Shown piece after piece: positions 28,314-37,659 of a stretch of 64,000 bases of DNA (positions within the stretch are counted from its first letter, which is position 1; each line of letters begins with the position of its first letter). The notes below the pieces were generated by a model, which did not search any database, had not been told where the DNA came from, and was given only the letters and a program-made list of their open reading frames with translations. The DNA comes from Labilithrix sp. GTDB taxonomy: Bacteria > Myxococcota_A > Polyangia > Polyangiales > Polyangiaceae. Both the position numbers and the translations under genes were made by a program. The stretch is taken from assembly GCA_046351255.1 (NCBI GenBank), contig JAXLYU010000005.1:1146583-1210582 (forward strand), in the 5' to 3' direction.

Positions 28314-30767
28314 ATGAAGAAGACGAGTACGCGACGTGGGGCCCGGACGAAGAAGGTGAGCCGTCGGACGGCGCGGTTCACCCCGCCGGCTCCGAGTCGG
28401 ATCACCGCCACCGCGAGCGAGGCGCGCCGGATCATCGCCGCGAGCGGACTCGGCGATGAACACCTCGCGCTCCTCGCTTCACAGCGCGAGCCGATCCTCG
28501 CGCACCTAGGTCAGGTGCTCGACGCCTTCTACGCCAAGGTCACCGACCACTCCGAGACGCGCTCGGTGCTCCTCACGCACTCGACCGTCGATCGCCAGCG
28601 CCCCATCCTCGACCGCTTCCTTCGGACGCTGTTCGCCGGTCAGATCGACGACGCGTGGGTCGCGCTCCGTAACGTCGTCGGCGTGCGGCACGACAAGATC
28701 GATCTCCCGGCCGCCTACTTCATCGCCATGTATTCCGTCCTCGAGGACGAGTTCATCGCCGTTGCGGAGCAACGAGTGAGGCTGCGAGGAACCAAGCTCT
28801 CGGCGTTCCGCGACGCGCTCTCGCGCATCCTCGACGTCGACAAGAACCTCGTCCTCAACGCCTTCGACGAGTCCCGCCGCGCGCGCATCTCCGACGTGGT
28901 CCAGGCGCGTCTGAAGCCGATCGATCGCGTGATGGCGGTCATCGAGCTCGACCTCGCGGGCAACGTCATCGAGGCGAACGACAACTTCCTCAAGCTCACC
29001 GAGTATTCGCACGACGAGATCAAGGGGAAGCACCACCGTCTCTTCGTCGACCCGACCGAGGCTGCCTCGCCCGCCTACGCGGACCTGTGGAACGCGATGA
29101 ACCGAGGGCAGGTCGTCGCGGGCGAGGAGCGTCGCTTCGGCAAGGGCGGCAAGGAGCTATGGCTCCAGGCATCGTACAACCCGGTATTCAATCGCGCGGG
29201 GGTCGTCGAGCGCGTCGCGATCTTCGCGACCGACATCACCGCGGAGAAGACTCGCGCCGTCCTCTACGAGGCGCAGATCAAGGCTATCCATCGTGGCATG
29301 GCCGTCGTCGCCTTCGACCCGACGGGCAAGATCCTCGAGGCGAACGAGAACTTCAGCCGCGTGATGGGGTACGACGCCGAGGAGGTCCGCGGCCGGCACC
29401 ATCGGATGTTCGTCGACGCGGCATACGCTGCCTCGCCCGAGTACACCGAGTTCTGGCGCAAGCTCGCAGATGGTCAGTTCCAGAGCGGCGAGTTCAAGCG
29501 GGTCTCCAAGCACGGGGAGCGGTGGCTCCAGGCGTCCTACAACCCGATTGTCGACGCGAGCGGGAAGCTCAGTCGCGTGATGAAGTTCGCGACCGACATC
29601 ACGGACGCGAAGACCGCGCAGCAGAAGCAGGAGGAGCTCGCGGCGATGGTCGCCCGCGACGCCGCCGTCGCGGACGCCTTCCTCAAGGAGGCCGGCGGCG
29701 TCCTCGAGCGCATGGCGTCGCGTGACCTCACAGCGAGGATCGACGGCGAGTACACCGGTCCTTACCTGCGCTTGAAGGAGCTCCTGAACGGGGCCATCTC
29801 GAACCTCGAGCGCACGCTCGGCCAGGTGAACGCCGCTTCGCAGCAGGTCGCGGTGGCGTGCAACGAGATCACGAGCGCGAGCCAGACGCTCGCCCAGGCC
29901 ACGTCACGCGGCGCGAGCACGATCGAGGAGGTGTCCCACAGCCTTCAAGAGATGGCCTCGATGGCGACGCAGAACGCGCGCAACTCGCAGGAGGCACGGA
30001 CGCTCGCGGAGGCCGCTCGCGGCGCGGCGGACAAGGGAGCGCAGAGCATCGGCCGCCTCGCGCAGTCGATCGAGAAGATCAAGTCGTCGTCCGACGAGAC
30101 GGCGAAGATCGTCAAGACGATCGACGACATCGCCTTCCAGACCAACCTCCTCGCGCTGAACGCGGCGGTCGAAGCGGCGCGTGCCGGCGACGCCGGCCGA
30201 GGCTTCGCGGTCGTGGCGGAGGAGGTCCGCAACCTCGCGATGCGGAGCGCCGAGGCGGCTCGCGTCACCGCGCAGCTCATCGACGGCTCGGTCAAGAACG
30301 CGGAGGCCGGAGTCGAGTTCAACGCCGAGGTGCTCCAGAACCTGAGCGAGATCACGACCCGAGTGGCGCGCGTCGGCGATGTCATGAACGAGATCGCGAC
30401 CGCGTCCGAGGCGCAGAGCCATGCCGTCGGACAGGTGACGTCGTCGATGGACGAGCTCTCGAAGCTCACGCAGCAGAATGCGGCCACGAGCGAGGAGACC
30501 GCCGCCGCGTCGGAGGAGCTGAGCGGACAGGCCGGCAGTCTCCTCGATCTCGTGTCGGAGTTCGTCCTGGGCGACGATGAGAGCCCCGCCGAGCGCGTAC
30601 CTCAGCGCACGGTCGAGGCTCGATCCTCGCGCCAGCGCGCGCGCTCGCTGCGCCCGGCGGCGCGACGTACGAACGTGCGCCCGAGCCCGCCGGCTCGGGC
30701 GACGACCAACGGGCGCGCCGCCGACCCGTTCCCCATGGAAGACGACGACATCCTCTCGCAGTTCTGA
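28314..30767 (+). CDS. Soluble methyl-accepting chemotaxis protein: sensor-globin (globin-coupled sensor) + 2 PAS + MCP signalling domain
   Basis: N-terminus VGVRHDKIDLPAAYFIAMYSVL matches the G-VH-RIGLP--WY proximal-His region of HemAT-type sensor globins. Two PAS domains (GNVIEANDNFLKLTEY...HHRLFV; GKILEANENFSRVMGY...HHRMFV). MCP core TNLLALNAAVEAARAGDAGRGFAVVAEEVRNLA. No TM helices. Confidence 0.8.
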   Translation: MKKTSTRRGARTKKVSRRTARFTPPAPSRITATASEARRIIAASGLGDEHLALLASQREPILAHLGQVLDAFYAKVTDHSETRSVLLTHSTVDRQRPILDRFLRTLFAGQIDDAWVALRNVVGVRHDKIDLPAAYFIAMYSVLEDEFIAVAEQRVRLRGTKLSAFRDALSRILDVDKNLVLNAFDESRRARISDVVQARLKPIDRVMAVIELDLAGNVIEANDNFLKLTEYSHDEIKGKHHRLFVDPTEAASPAYADLWNAMNRGQVVAGEERRFGKGGKELWLQASYNPVFNRAGVVERVAIFATDITAEKTRAVLYEAQIKAIHRGMAVVAFDPTGKILEANENFSRVMGYDAEEVRGRHHRMFVDAAYAASPEYTEFWRKLADGQFQSGEFKRVSKHGERWLQASYNPIVDASGKLSRVMKFATDITDAKTAQQKQEELAAMVARDAAVADAFLKEAGGVLERMASRDLTARIDGEYTGPYLRLKELLNGAISNLERTLGQVNAASQQVAVACNEITSASQTLAQATSRGASTIEEVSHSLQEMASMATQNARNSQEARTLAEAARGAADKGAQSIGRLAQSIEKIKSSSDETAKIVKTIDDIAFQTNLLALNAAVEAARAGDAGRGFAVVAEEVRNLAMRSAEAARVTAQLIDGSVKNAEAGVEFNAEVLQNLSEITTRVARVGDVMNEIATASEAQSHAVGQVTSSMDELSKLTQQNAATSEETAAASEELSGQAGSLLDLVSEFVLGDDESPAERVPQRTVEARSSRQRARSLRPAARRTNVRPSPPARATTNGRAADPFPMEDDDILSQF

Positions 30768-30769
30768 CC

Positions 30770-31561
30770 ATGGTCTTCCCCGACGAAGCCTCCGATCGGG
30801 AGGGGCTCCAGGCGGTCTGCCGACTGGTGGAGGACCGGACGGGGATCCTCCTCCCGGTCGAGAAGCACGCGATGGTCACGGCGCGCATCGCCCGCCGCGT
30901 CCAGCGGCTCGGTCTGGCTCGGTACGCGAGCTATGCCGAGCACGTGGTCCAGCCGGAGAACGCGAGCGAGCTCACCGCGCTCGTAGACGCCCTGACCACG
31001 AACAAGACGTCGTTCTACCGCGAGCGGGCTCACTTCGACGTGCTCGCGCGACACCTCGCGGGGCCCGCGGCTCGCACGGCGAGCCCGCGCCTGTGGAGCG
31101 CGGGCTGCTCCTCCGGTCAGGAGCCGTACACGATGGCCATCACCGCCCTCGCGAGCGGAGCGTCGCGGGTGCGCATCCTCGCGACGGACCTCTCGACGCG
31201 CGTGCTCGACATCGCCAGGGCGGGTCGTTATCCGTTCGCGGAGGCAGCGGACATCCCGAAGCAGAAGCTGGCGACGCACTTCGCGCGCGAAGGGGCCGAG
31301 GTCGTCGTCAGCCCGGAGCTCCGCGCTCGCGTCGCCTTCGCTCAGCTGAATTTCCGCGACTCGTGGCCGATGCGAGGGCCATTCGAGGCCATCTTCTGCC
31401 GCAACGTCATGATCTACTTCGATCGGGCGATGCGGACCGACCTCGTCGCGCGGTTCCGCGAGCTGCTCTCGCCGGGGGGCCTGCTCTTCATCGGGCTCAG
31501 CGAGGGGCTCGTCGGTGAGCACGGGCTTCGGCTCGTCGCGCCCGGTGTGTATCGACGATGA
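30770..31561 (+). CDS. cheR: Chemotaxis methyltransferase CheR
   Basis: RLWSAGCSSGQEPYTMAI (SAM-binding) and NVMIYFD, typical CheR motifs. Confidence 0.9.
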   Translation: MVFPDEASDREGLQAVCRLVEDRTGILLPVEKHAMVTARIARRVQRLGLARYASYAEHVVQPENASELTALVDALTTNKTSFYRERAHFDVLARHLAGPAARTASPRLWSAGCSSGQEPYTMAITALASGASRVRILATDLSTRVLDIARAGRYPFAEAADIPKQKLATHFAREGAEVVVSPELRARVAFAQLNFRDSWPMRGPFEAIFCRNVMIYFDRAMRTDLVARFRELLSPGGLLFIGLSEGLVGEHGLRLVAPGVYRR

Positions 31562-32595
31562 GCGCACGTCGAATCCGCATCCTCATCGTCGACGACTCTG
31601 CCCTCGTCCGGCGCCTCCTGACCCAGCAGCTCGCGAGCGTGCCGGACTTCGAGGTCGTTGGGTGCGCCACCGATCCCTATGCCGCGCGCGACCGCATCCT
31701 CGAGCTCCAGCCCGACGTCATCACGCTCGATATCGAGATGCCGCGCATGGACGGGCTCGAGTTCCTCGAGCGAGTGATGCGCTACCACCCGCTCCCCGTC
31801 GTCATCGTCAGCTCGCTCGCGCCCGAGGGGAGCGACGCGGCGTTCCGTGCGCTCGAGCTCGGCGCGATCGAGATCGTCGCCAAGCCGCGGAATCAGTACT
31901 CCGCGCCCGACGTGCGTGACGGTCTGATCCGAGCCATCCGCGCCGCGGGGCAGGCGAAGGTCGCACCGCGGGCGAGGCCGGCCGCGGGCGCGAGGCCCGT
32001 GGTGCGCGGTGTGTCGGCGTTGAAGACCACCGACCGCGTCGTCGCGATCGGCGCGTCCACCGGCGGAACGGTCGCACTCGAGCGCGTGATCCTCGGCTTG
32101 CCGGCGGCCATTCCGGGGATCGTCATCGTCCAGCACATGCCTCTGGGCATGACCGCGCCATTCTCGCGTCGACTCCAGTCACTGACGAAGCTCACCGTTC
32201 GCGAGGCGCGCGACGGCGACGTCATCGCCCCCGGTCTCGTCCTCGTCGCGCCCGCCGGCCATCATGCCGTCGTCCATCGCTCCGGCGCGCAGCTCGTGGT
32301 GCGACTGAAGGACGGGCCGCGCGTGCATCATCAACGACCCGCGGTCGACATCCTCTTCAAGTCCGTGGCGGCGGCAGCGGGACAGAACGCGATCGGCGTG
32401 CTGCTGACCGGGATGGGCGCGGACGGCGCGGAAGGCCTCCTCGCCATGAAGGACGCCGGCGCGGAGACGATCGGCGAGTCGGAGGAGTCGTGTGTCGTCT
32501 ACGGGATGCCGCGCGCGGCCGCAGAGCTCGGGGCGGTGAAGCGCGTCGTGGCGCTCGACGAGGTGGCGAACACGATCGTCAGGGCGTGTGCCTGA
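31558..32595 (+). CDS. cheB: Chemotaxis methylesterase CheB (receiver + CheB methylesterase)
   Basis: ATGA overlap with cheR. ILIVDDSALVRR...DIEMPRMDG (receiver). IGASTGG...QHMPLGMT...GMGADGAEG (methylesterase catalytic motifs). Confidence 0.9.
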   Translation: MSARRIRILIVDDSALVRRLLTQQLASVPDFEVVGCATDPYAARDRILELQPDVITLDIEMPRMDGLEFLERVMRYHPLPVVIVSSLAPEGSDAAFRALELGAIEIVAKPRNQYSAPDVRDGLIRAIRAAGQAKVAPRARPAAGARPVVRGVSALKTTDRVVAIGASTGGTVALERVILGLPAAIPGIVIVQHMPLGMTAPFSRRLQSLTKLTVREARDGDVIAPGLVLVAPAGHHAVVHRSGAQLVVRLKDGPRVHHQRPAVDILFKSVAAAAGQNAIGVLLTGMGADGAEGLLAMKDAGAETIGESEESCVVYGMPRAAAELGAVKRVVALDEVANTIVRACA

Positions 32596-32837
32596 CGCGG
32601 CACCGGCAGAGGTGAAGGGTATGATGGCGGCCTCACGGCGAGAAGGTGCTTGCCATCGCGAATGGCCTCACGTCCACCGAGCTGAAGCTGGGACCCCTTC
32701 CTCGAGGCGATCGACGATTTGGAGACGAAGTCGCTCGCGTTCTTCGGCCGCATCGTCGAGCCGAAGGCCCTGTGAGCGCGGGCGTCGGACACGAGGGGGG
32801 ACAAGCGGCGGCGCGCAACTGCTAGAACCAGCAGGCG

Positions 32838-34910
32838 ATGAGGCTGGGTGCGCCGAAATTCTTCCTCTCGGCCACCGCCGCGCTGGGGGTCCTCGGCGCG
32901 GCGCTGATGACGTTGTTCGCCACCTCGTCACCGTCGCTCGGGCCTCGCTTCGTCGAGCCGGGGCACGTCGTCGTCGCGATCGGGGATGGCCGCGAACGCG
33001 TCGCCATCGACGCGGATGCGCTCGTCGAGGACCCGGACTTCCTCCCGTCCTACGCGAAGCGCGACGTCTTCTTCGAGAAGCACGCGCGCCTCTCGAAGGT
33101 GCTCGAGTCGCCGGAGGTCGTCCTCTATTCGGCCGACGGGACAGAGGAGCGCGTTCGCCCGCAGCCGCGCACCGTCGCGATGCTGCCGTTCGTCTTCTGG
33201 TACCAGCTCTTCTGCGGGCTCATCGCGCTCCTCACTGGAGCGACCGTGTTCGCGTTTCGTCGTGACCAGCCCGCCGCCCGCCTCTACGGGCTGACGGGGC
33301 TCTCGTTCGCGATCATCACGTACACCGCTGCCTCCTACAGCGTGCGCGAGCTCACGCTCGAGCCGCGGCTATTTCGAGTACTGGCGGCAGCGGATCACTT
33401 CGGGTCGATGGCGTTTGCGCTCTTCTACGTCGCGCTCGTTCATCAGTATCCGACGCGGCTATCCCGCTTTCCGCTGGAGCGCGTCCTCGGCGTCGTGCTG
33501 GGCGCGACGTTCGTCCTCGACACGGTCGGTCTCTTGCCGAGCCCCGACTGGGGAATTCGTATTCCGATCATCGTCGGGCAGCTGACCGGGATTGTCTTCG
33601 GCGCCATTCAGTGGCGACGTACGCAGCGCGACCCCGTCGGTCGCGCTCGCGTGCAGTGGCTGCTCCTCTCCATGCTGCTCGGCGGATCGGCGTTCGTGGT
33701 GTCCGTCTTCGTCACCGTCACGCTCGGACACGATCCGTTCGTATCGCAGGGATACGCGTTCGGGTTCGTGCTCACGATGTATCTCGGTATCGCGCTCGGG
33801 GTGACGCGATATGGGATCTTCCAGCTCGAACGCTGGTGGGTCTCGGTGTGGCTCTGGGTCGTTGCCGGCGCGGCGGTGGTCGTCGTCGACCTCACGCTGA
33901 TGTCCGCGCTCCAGCTCGGTCGCGCGACGGCGGCGAGCGGCTCGGTCCTCCTCGTGGGATGGGCCTACTTTCCAGTCCGGCAATGGATCCTTGCTCGCCT
34001 CGGTCGCCGTCGCGATGTCGATCTGCAGCGTCTGCTCCCCCGCATCGTGAAGCTCGGCCTGCGCGACGTAGCGGCCCACGACCTCGCGCTCGACTGGCGA
34101 GCCCTCCTGAAGGAGGCGTTCGATGCCCTGGAGGTGACAGACACGGCCGAGGAGGTTCGCGACGTGCGGGTGGCGGAGGACGGCCTCGCGCTCCTCGTCC
34201 CGGGCATCGCGGGACAGCCGGCGACGCGCATCGCGCTCGCGCATCGGGGCTCGCGTCTCTTCACTCCGAGCGAGTGTCAGACCGTGCAGGCTCTCGTGGA
34301 GCTCATCGAGCACACGCTCGAGCAACGCAAGGCCTACGATCGCGGGGCGAAGAACGAGCGCGAGCGCGTCGCCCGCGATCTGCACGATGACATCGGAAGC
34401 CGTCTCCTCACGCTCGTCCATCGCTCCGAGGGCGGGCCCGCCGCGGAGCTCGCGCGGGACGCGCTGCGCGAGCTCCGCACCGTCGTGTCCACGCTCGGCG
34501 CGGGGCCGGCGCCGCTGACCGCCCTCGTCGCGGACTGGCGCAACGAGGCGGCCGACCGGTGCGAGGCGGCGGGCATCACGCTCGCGTGGGAGCAGCACGA
34601 CGTGGCGGACGAGGTATGGATCGACGCCACCACCCACACGAACGTGCTGCGCGTGCTCCGCGAGGTCCTCTCGAACGCCCTGCGCCATGCCCGGCCGGGC
34701 CGCATCGAGATCGTGGTCTCCGTGACGGACGGAGCACTCGTTTTCGACGTGCTCGACGACGGGCAGTCTCCGGCGCCCTCGAGCTGGGCCCGGGGCCGCG
34801 GACTATCGAATATCCGGCAGCGTCTGGACGCGCTCGGCGGAAAGCATGATATTCGAGCACGTGAGCCCAGCGGGACGCACGTGACGTTCCGGGTGCCCTT
34901 CACCTCATGA
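32838..34910 (+). CDS. Sensor histidine kinase: N-terminal TM + extracytoplasmic domain + 7TM bundle (7TMR-DISM-like) + HisKA_3 + HATPase
   Basis: ERERVARDLHDDIGSRLLTL is the HisKA_3 (NarX/DegS-type) H-box. C-terminus LSNALRHARPG...LDDGQS...RGRGLSNIRQR (ATPase). Confidence 0.8.
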   Translation: MRLGAPKFFLSATAALGVLGAALMTLFATSSPSLGPRFVEPGHVVVAIGDGRERVAIDADALVEDPDFLPSYAKRDVFFEKHARLSKVLESPEVVLYSADGTEERVRPQPRTVAMLPFVFWYQLFCGLIALLTGATVFAFRRDQPAARLYGLTGLSFAIITYTAASYSVRELTLEPRLFRVLAAADHFGSMAFALFYVALVHQYPTRLSRFPLERVLGVVLGATFVLDTVGLLPSPDWGIRIPIIVGQLTGIVFGAIQWRRTQRDPVGRARVQWLLLSMLLGGSAFVVSVFVTVTLGHDPFVSQGYAFGFVLTMYLGIALGVTRYGIFQLERWWVSVWLWVVAGAAVVVVDLTLMSALQLGRATAASGSVLLVGWAYFPVRQWILARLGRRRDVDLQRLLPRIVKLGLRDVAAHDLALDWRALLKEAFDALEVTDTAEEVRDVRVAEDGLALLVPGIAGQPATRIALAHRGSRLFTPSECQTVQALVELIEHTLEQRKAYDRGAKNERERVARDLHDDIGSRLLTLVHRSEGGPAAELARDALRELRTVVSTLGAGPAPLTALVADWRNEAADRCEAAGITLAWEQHDVADEVWIDATTHTNVLRVLREVLSNALRHARPGRIEIVVSVTDGALVFDVLDDGQSPAPSSWARGRGLSNIRQRLDALGGKHDIRAREPSGTHVTFRVPFTS

Positions 34911-35533
34911 AGCAAGCATTGGTGGTCGAAGATCTTCCCACCGCGCGGGAATGGCTGAGCGACATCATCGTGCTCGCCTTTCCGGGGATCACGGTCAAGG
35001 CCGCGGAGGGCCTGGCGCAGGCGCGCGCAGCCTGCGCGGAGACGACCTTCGACCTCGTGCTCGTCGATCTCAACCTTGGCGACGGCTCCGGCGTGGACCT
35101 GATTCGGGAGCTGAGCGAGCGTTCTCCGTCGACGGACTGCGTGGTCGCCACCCTCTACGACGACGACCAGCATCTCTTTCCCGCGCTCCAGGCGGGCGCT
35201 CGCGGATATCTGCTGAAGGAATACGAGAAGCATCAGCTCGTGACGTCGCTGAAAGGCATCCTCGCCGGCGCGCCGCCGCTCTCGCCGAAGATCGCGCGCC
35301 GCGTGATCCAGCACTTCCACGCACCGAAGCACGCGGACGGCCCGAAGCTCACGCCGCGCGAGATCGAGGTCCTCACGCTCGCGGCGAAGGGCCTTCGGGT
35401 GAAGGAGATCGCAGAGGCGACCGGCATGAGCCCCCACACCGCAGGGGACCATCTGAAGGCGATCTACAAGAAGCTGAACGTCTCGTCCCGAGCGGAAGCC
35501 ACGCTCGAGGCCTCTCGTCGCGGTCTCGTCTAG
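34907..35533 (+). CDS. NarL/LuxR-family response regulator
   Basis: ATGA overlap with the kinase gene. ALVVEDLPTAREWL...DLNLGDGSG (receiver). LTPREIEVLTLAAKGLRVKEIAEATGMSPHTAGDHLKAIYKKLNV (LuxR HTH). Confidence 0.9.
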   Translation: MKQALVVEDLPTAREWLSDIIVLAFPGITVKAAEGLAQARAACAETTFDLVLVDLNLGDGSGVDLIRELSERSPSTDCVVATLYDDDQHLFPALQAGARGYLLKEYEKHQLVTSLKGILAGAPPLSPKIARRVIQHFHAPKHADGPKLTPREIEVLTLAAKGLRVKEIAEATGMSPHTAGDHLKAIYKKLNVSSRAEATLEASRRGLV

Positions 35534-35604
35534 CGCGCGAGAACCACGTTCGTTCATGCGAAGCATGAGTCGCCGTCCAGTCACGCGGTGGTCGCCGCGT
35601 ATCG

Positions 35605-37566
35605 CTATGCCCGGGCGCGCAGCGCTTCGTCGATCGCGGCGAGCACGTCCTGCGAGCGGAACGGCTTCTCGATGAAGCGATACGCGTCTGCCTCGATCCC
35701 TTCGACGATGAGCTGCTCGCGCACATAGCCCGAGCAGACGAGGACCGGCGCCCCAGGATGCGTGGCGACGAATCGCTGGATGAGATCGCCCACTCCGCCG
35801 CCCGGGACGACGGAGTCCGTGAGCAGACAGTCGAACTCCTCGGTCTCGAGCGCGCGTCGGGCGGTCGCGGCGACCTCGTGGCTCGACACCTCGTGCCCGG
35901 CCTTCGCGAGCGTCCGCTCGAGCACCCGGCGGACGCCGGCCTCGTCTTCGAGGAGGAGGACCCGCGCCGGGCGCTGGGCGGAGGCACGCGAGACGGCGGC
36001 CGGGTCGGCGACCGCGGCCGGCGGCGGCGCACGGCGAGGAAACGCGATGCGGAAGGACGCGCCTTTGTCGGGGGCGGAGTCGACATCGATGGTCCCGCCG
36101 GCCGCGATGACGGTCCCCCACACCGTGGCGAGCCCGAGCCCCACCGCCTTCTCGCCCTTCGTCGTGAAGAACGGCTCGAAGATGCGCGCACGAGTGGCCT
36201 CGTCCATTCCGATGCCGCTGTCGATCACCTCGATGACGACCTCTTCACCGACGGTCCGGGAGCGCAGGGTGAGCGCGCCGCCTCCGCCCATCGCGTCGCG
36301 GGCGTTCGAGACGAGGTTCAGGAGCGTTTGCTCGAGCAACCCTTCGGGGAGGGCGATGAGATCGTCGCCGGTGCACTCGGTGGAGAACGTGATGTTCTCG
36401 GGCAGCATGCGCCGTAGTCCGACCGCGAACCGCTCGAGCACCTGCCGCGGGTTCGAGGTGCCCTCCGCCGTCGGGTTGCCGCGCGAGAACGTGAGGAGCT
36501 GGCGCGCGGTGCTGGAGGCGTTGCGCGCGCTCTGCTCGATGTCGTCGAGGATCTGACGCTGCTCCTCCGCGTCGTCGCAGGTCCGCAGGGCCTCGGTCCC
36601 GCCGAGGACGACGCTGAGCGCATTGTTGAAGTCGTGGGCGACGCCCCCGGCGAGGCGACCGAGGCTCTCGAGGCGTTGCTGGGACGCGGTGGCGCGGATG
36701 AGCCGGTCGCGCTCTTCGGCGTAGCTCTCGATTTGCAGGGTCCGCTCGCGAACGCGCTCCTCGAGGTCGGCGTTCGCGCCGAGGAGGTTCTTTCGTGCGG
36801 TGTCGAGCTCCTCGATGAGCCCGAGGTTCTCGAAGCGCAGGCGCAGCGACTCGACGATGGAGCCGTTCACCCCCTGCGCCACGCGGGCGATGAGGACAGC
36901 ATAGAGCATGGCCATCGCGCTCATCGCGTAGTGCGCGCCATCGCCCGCCATCGCGAGCTTGACGATGAGCGGCAGCATCGCGGGGAACAGGAACGCGTAG
37001 AAGGCAGGGAGGTAGCAGGCGAGGGTGCCGGCGGCGCTCGCGACCATCCCGCCGAGCACGAAGGCCATGACGAGCTGCGAGGTCGGGGACGAGGGCGTGA
37101 CGAAGAGGACACCGCCGCCTCCCCAGAGCACGCCCGCGACGAAGGTGCCGGTGAGCGCCGCGCGAGTCCATCGCGGCAGCTCCTCGGAGGCACGCGTCGC
37201 GCGAAGGTACGCGCGACGAACCTGCCAGCGAAGCGCGACCATGAACGCGATCGCGCCCGTCCAGCCGAGGAGCAGGGAATGGGGCTCCGTGTTCCAGAGG
37301 GCAATGGACACGATGGTCGCGTTGACGACGTTCGCCAGGAGGACGACCACACCATGCCCATAGAGCGCGCGGACCTGCTCGTCTGCGACGCGTTCGTCGA
37401 TCGAGTCACGTCCCGGGCTCGCTTCGGTCGCCGCGGCCTCCGGTGATTCGCTGAAAAGGTGCAAGGCGTGACATTGACTATAGATCCCACAATACGCGCG
37501 TGGCGATGGCCAGTTCGCTGACTCGCTCCGTACCGTCGAATCTCGGGGAAATCGCGGGAGCGCCAA
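35605..37566 (-). CDS. Hybrid sensor histidine kinase (multi-TM sensor + HisKA + HATPase + C-terminal receiver)
   Basis: HDFNNALSVVLGG (H-box), ATPase motifs (NARDAMGGGG...DSGIGMD), C-terminal RVLLLEDEAGVRRV...DSVVPGG (receiver). Confidence 0.8.
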   Translation of the reverse strand: MALPRFPRDSTVRSESANWPSPRAYCGIYSQCHALHLFSESPEAAATEASPGRDSIDERVADEQVRALYGHGVVVLLANVVNATIVSIALWNTEPHSLLLGWTGAIAFMVALRWQVRRAYLRATRASEELPRWTRAALTGTFVAGVLWGGGGVLFVTPSSPTSQLVMAFVLGGMVASAAGTLACYLPAFYAFLFPAMLPLIVKLAMAGDGAHYAMSAMAMLYAVLIARVAQGVNGSIVESLRLRFENLGLIEELDTARKNLLGANADLEERVRERTLQIESYAEERDRLIRATASQQRLESLGRLAGGVAHDFNNALSVVLGGTEALRTCDDAEEQRQILDDIEQSARNASSTARQLLTFSRGNPTAEGTSNPRQVLERFAVGLRRMLPENITFSTECTGDDLIALPEGLLEQTLLNLVSNARDAMGGGGALTLRSRTVGEEVVIEVIDSGIGMDEATRARIFEPFFTTKGEKAVGLGLATVWGTVIAAGGTIDVDSAPDKGASFRIAFPRRAPPPAAVADPAAVSRASAQRPARVLLLEDEAGVRRVLERTLAKAGHEVSSHEVAATARRALETEEFDCLLTDSVVPGGGVGDLIQRFVATHPGAPVLVCSGYVREQLIVEGIEADAYRFIEKPFRSQDVLAAIDEALRARA

Positions 37567-37659
37567 CGTAGGGCCATCTCGTGAAAGGCGGCTTGTCGGT
37601 GTACGGCGTCGGTCGGATGGCCGCTCCTGGTCGTGGACTTCCGCTAACCTCGTGGAGGC

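Noticed and set aside
32596-32837. 242-bp gap between cheB and the 7TM kinase, with small ORFs
   Set aside because: The possible ~60-aa reading frames are Arg-rich or lack Shine-Dalgarno sequences. More likely this is a promoter/leader region. No riboswitch-like conserved structure was recognisable by eye.
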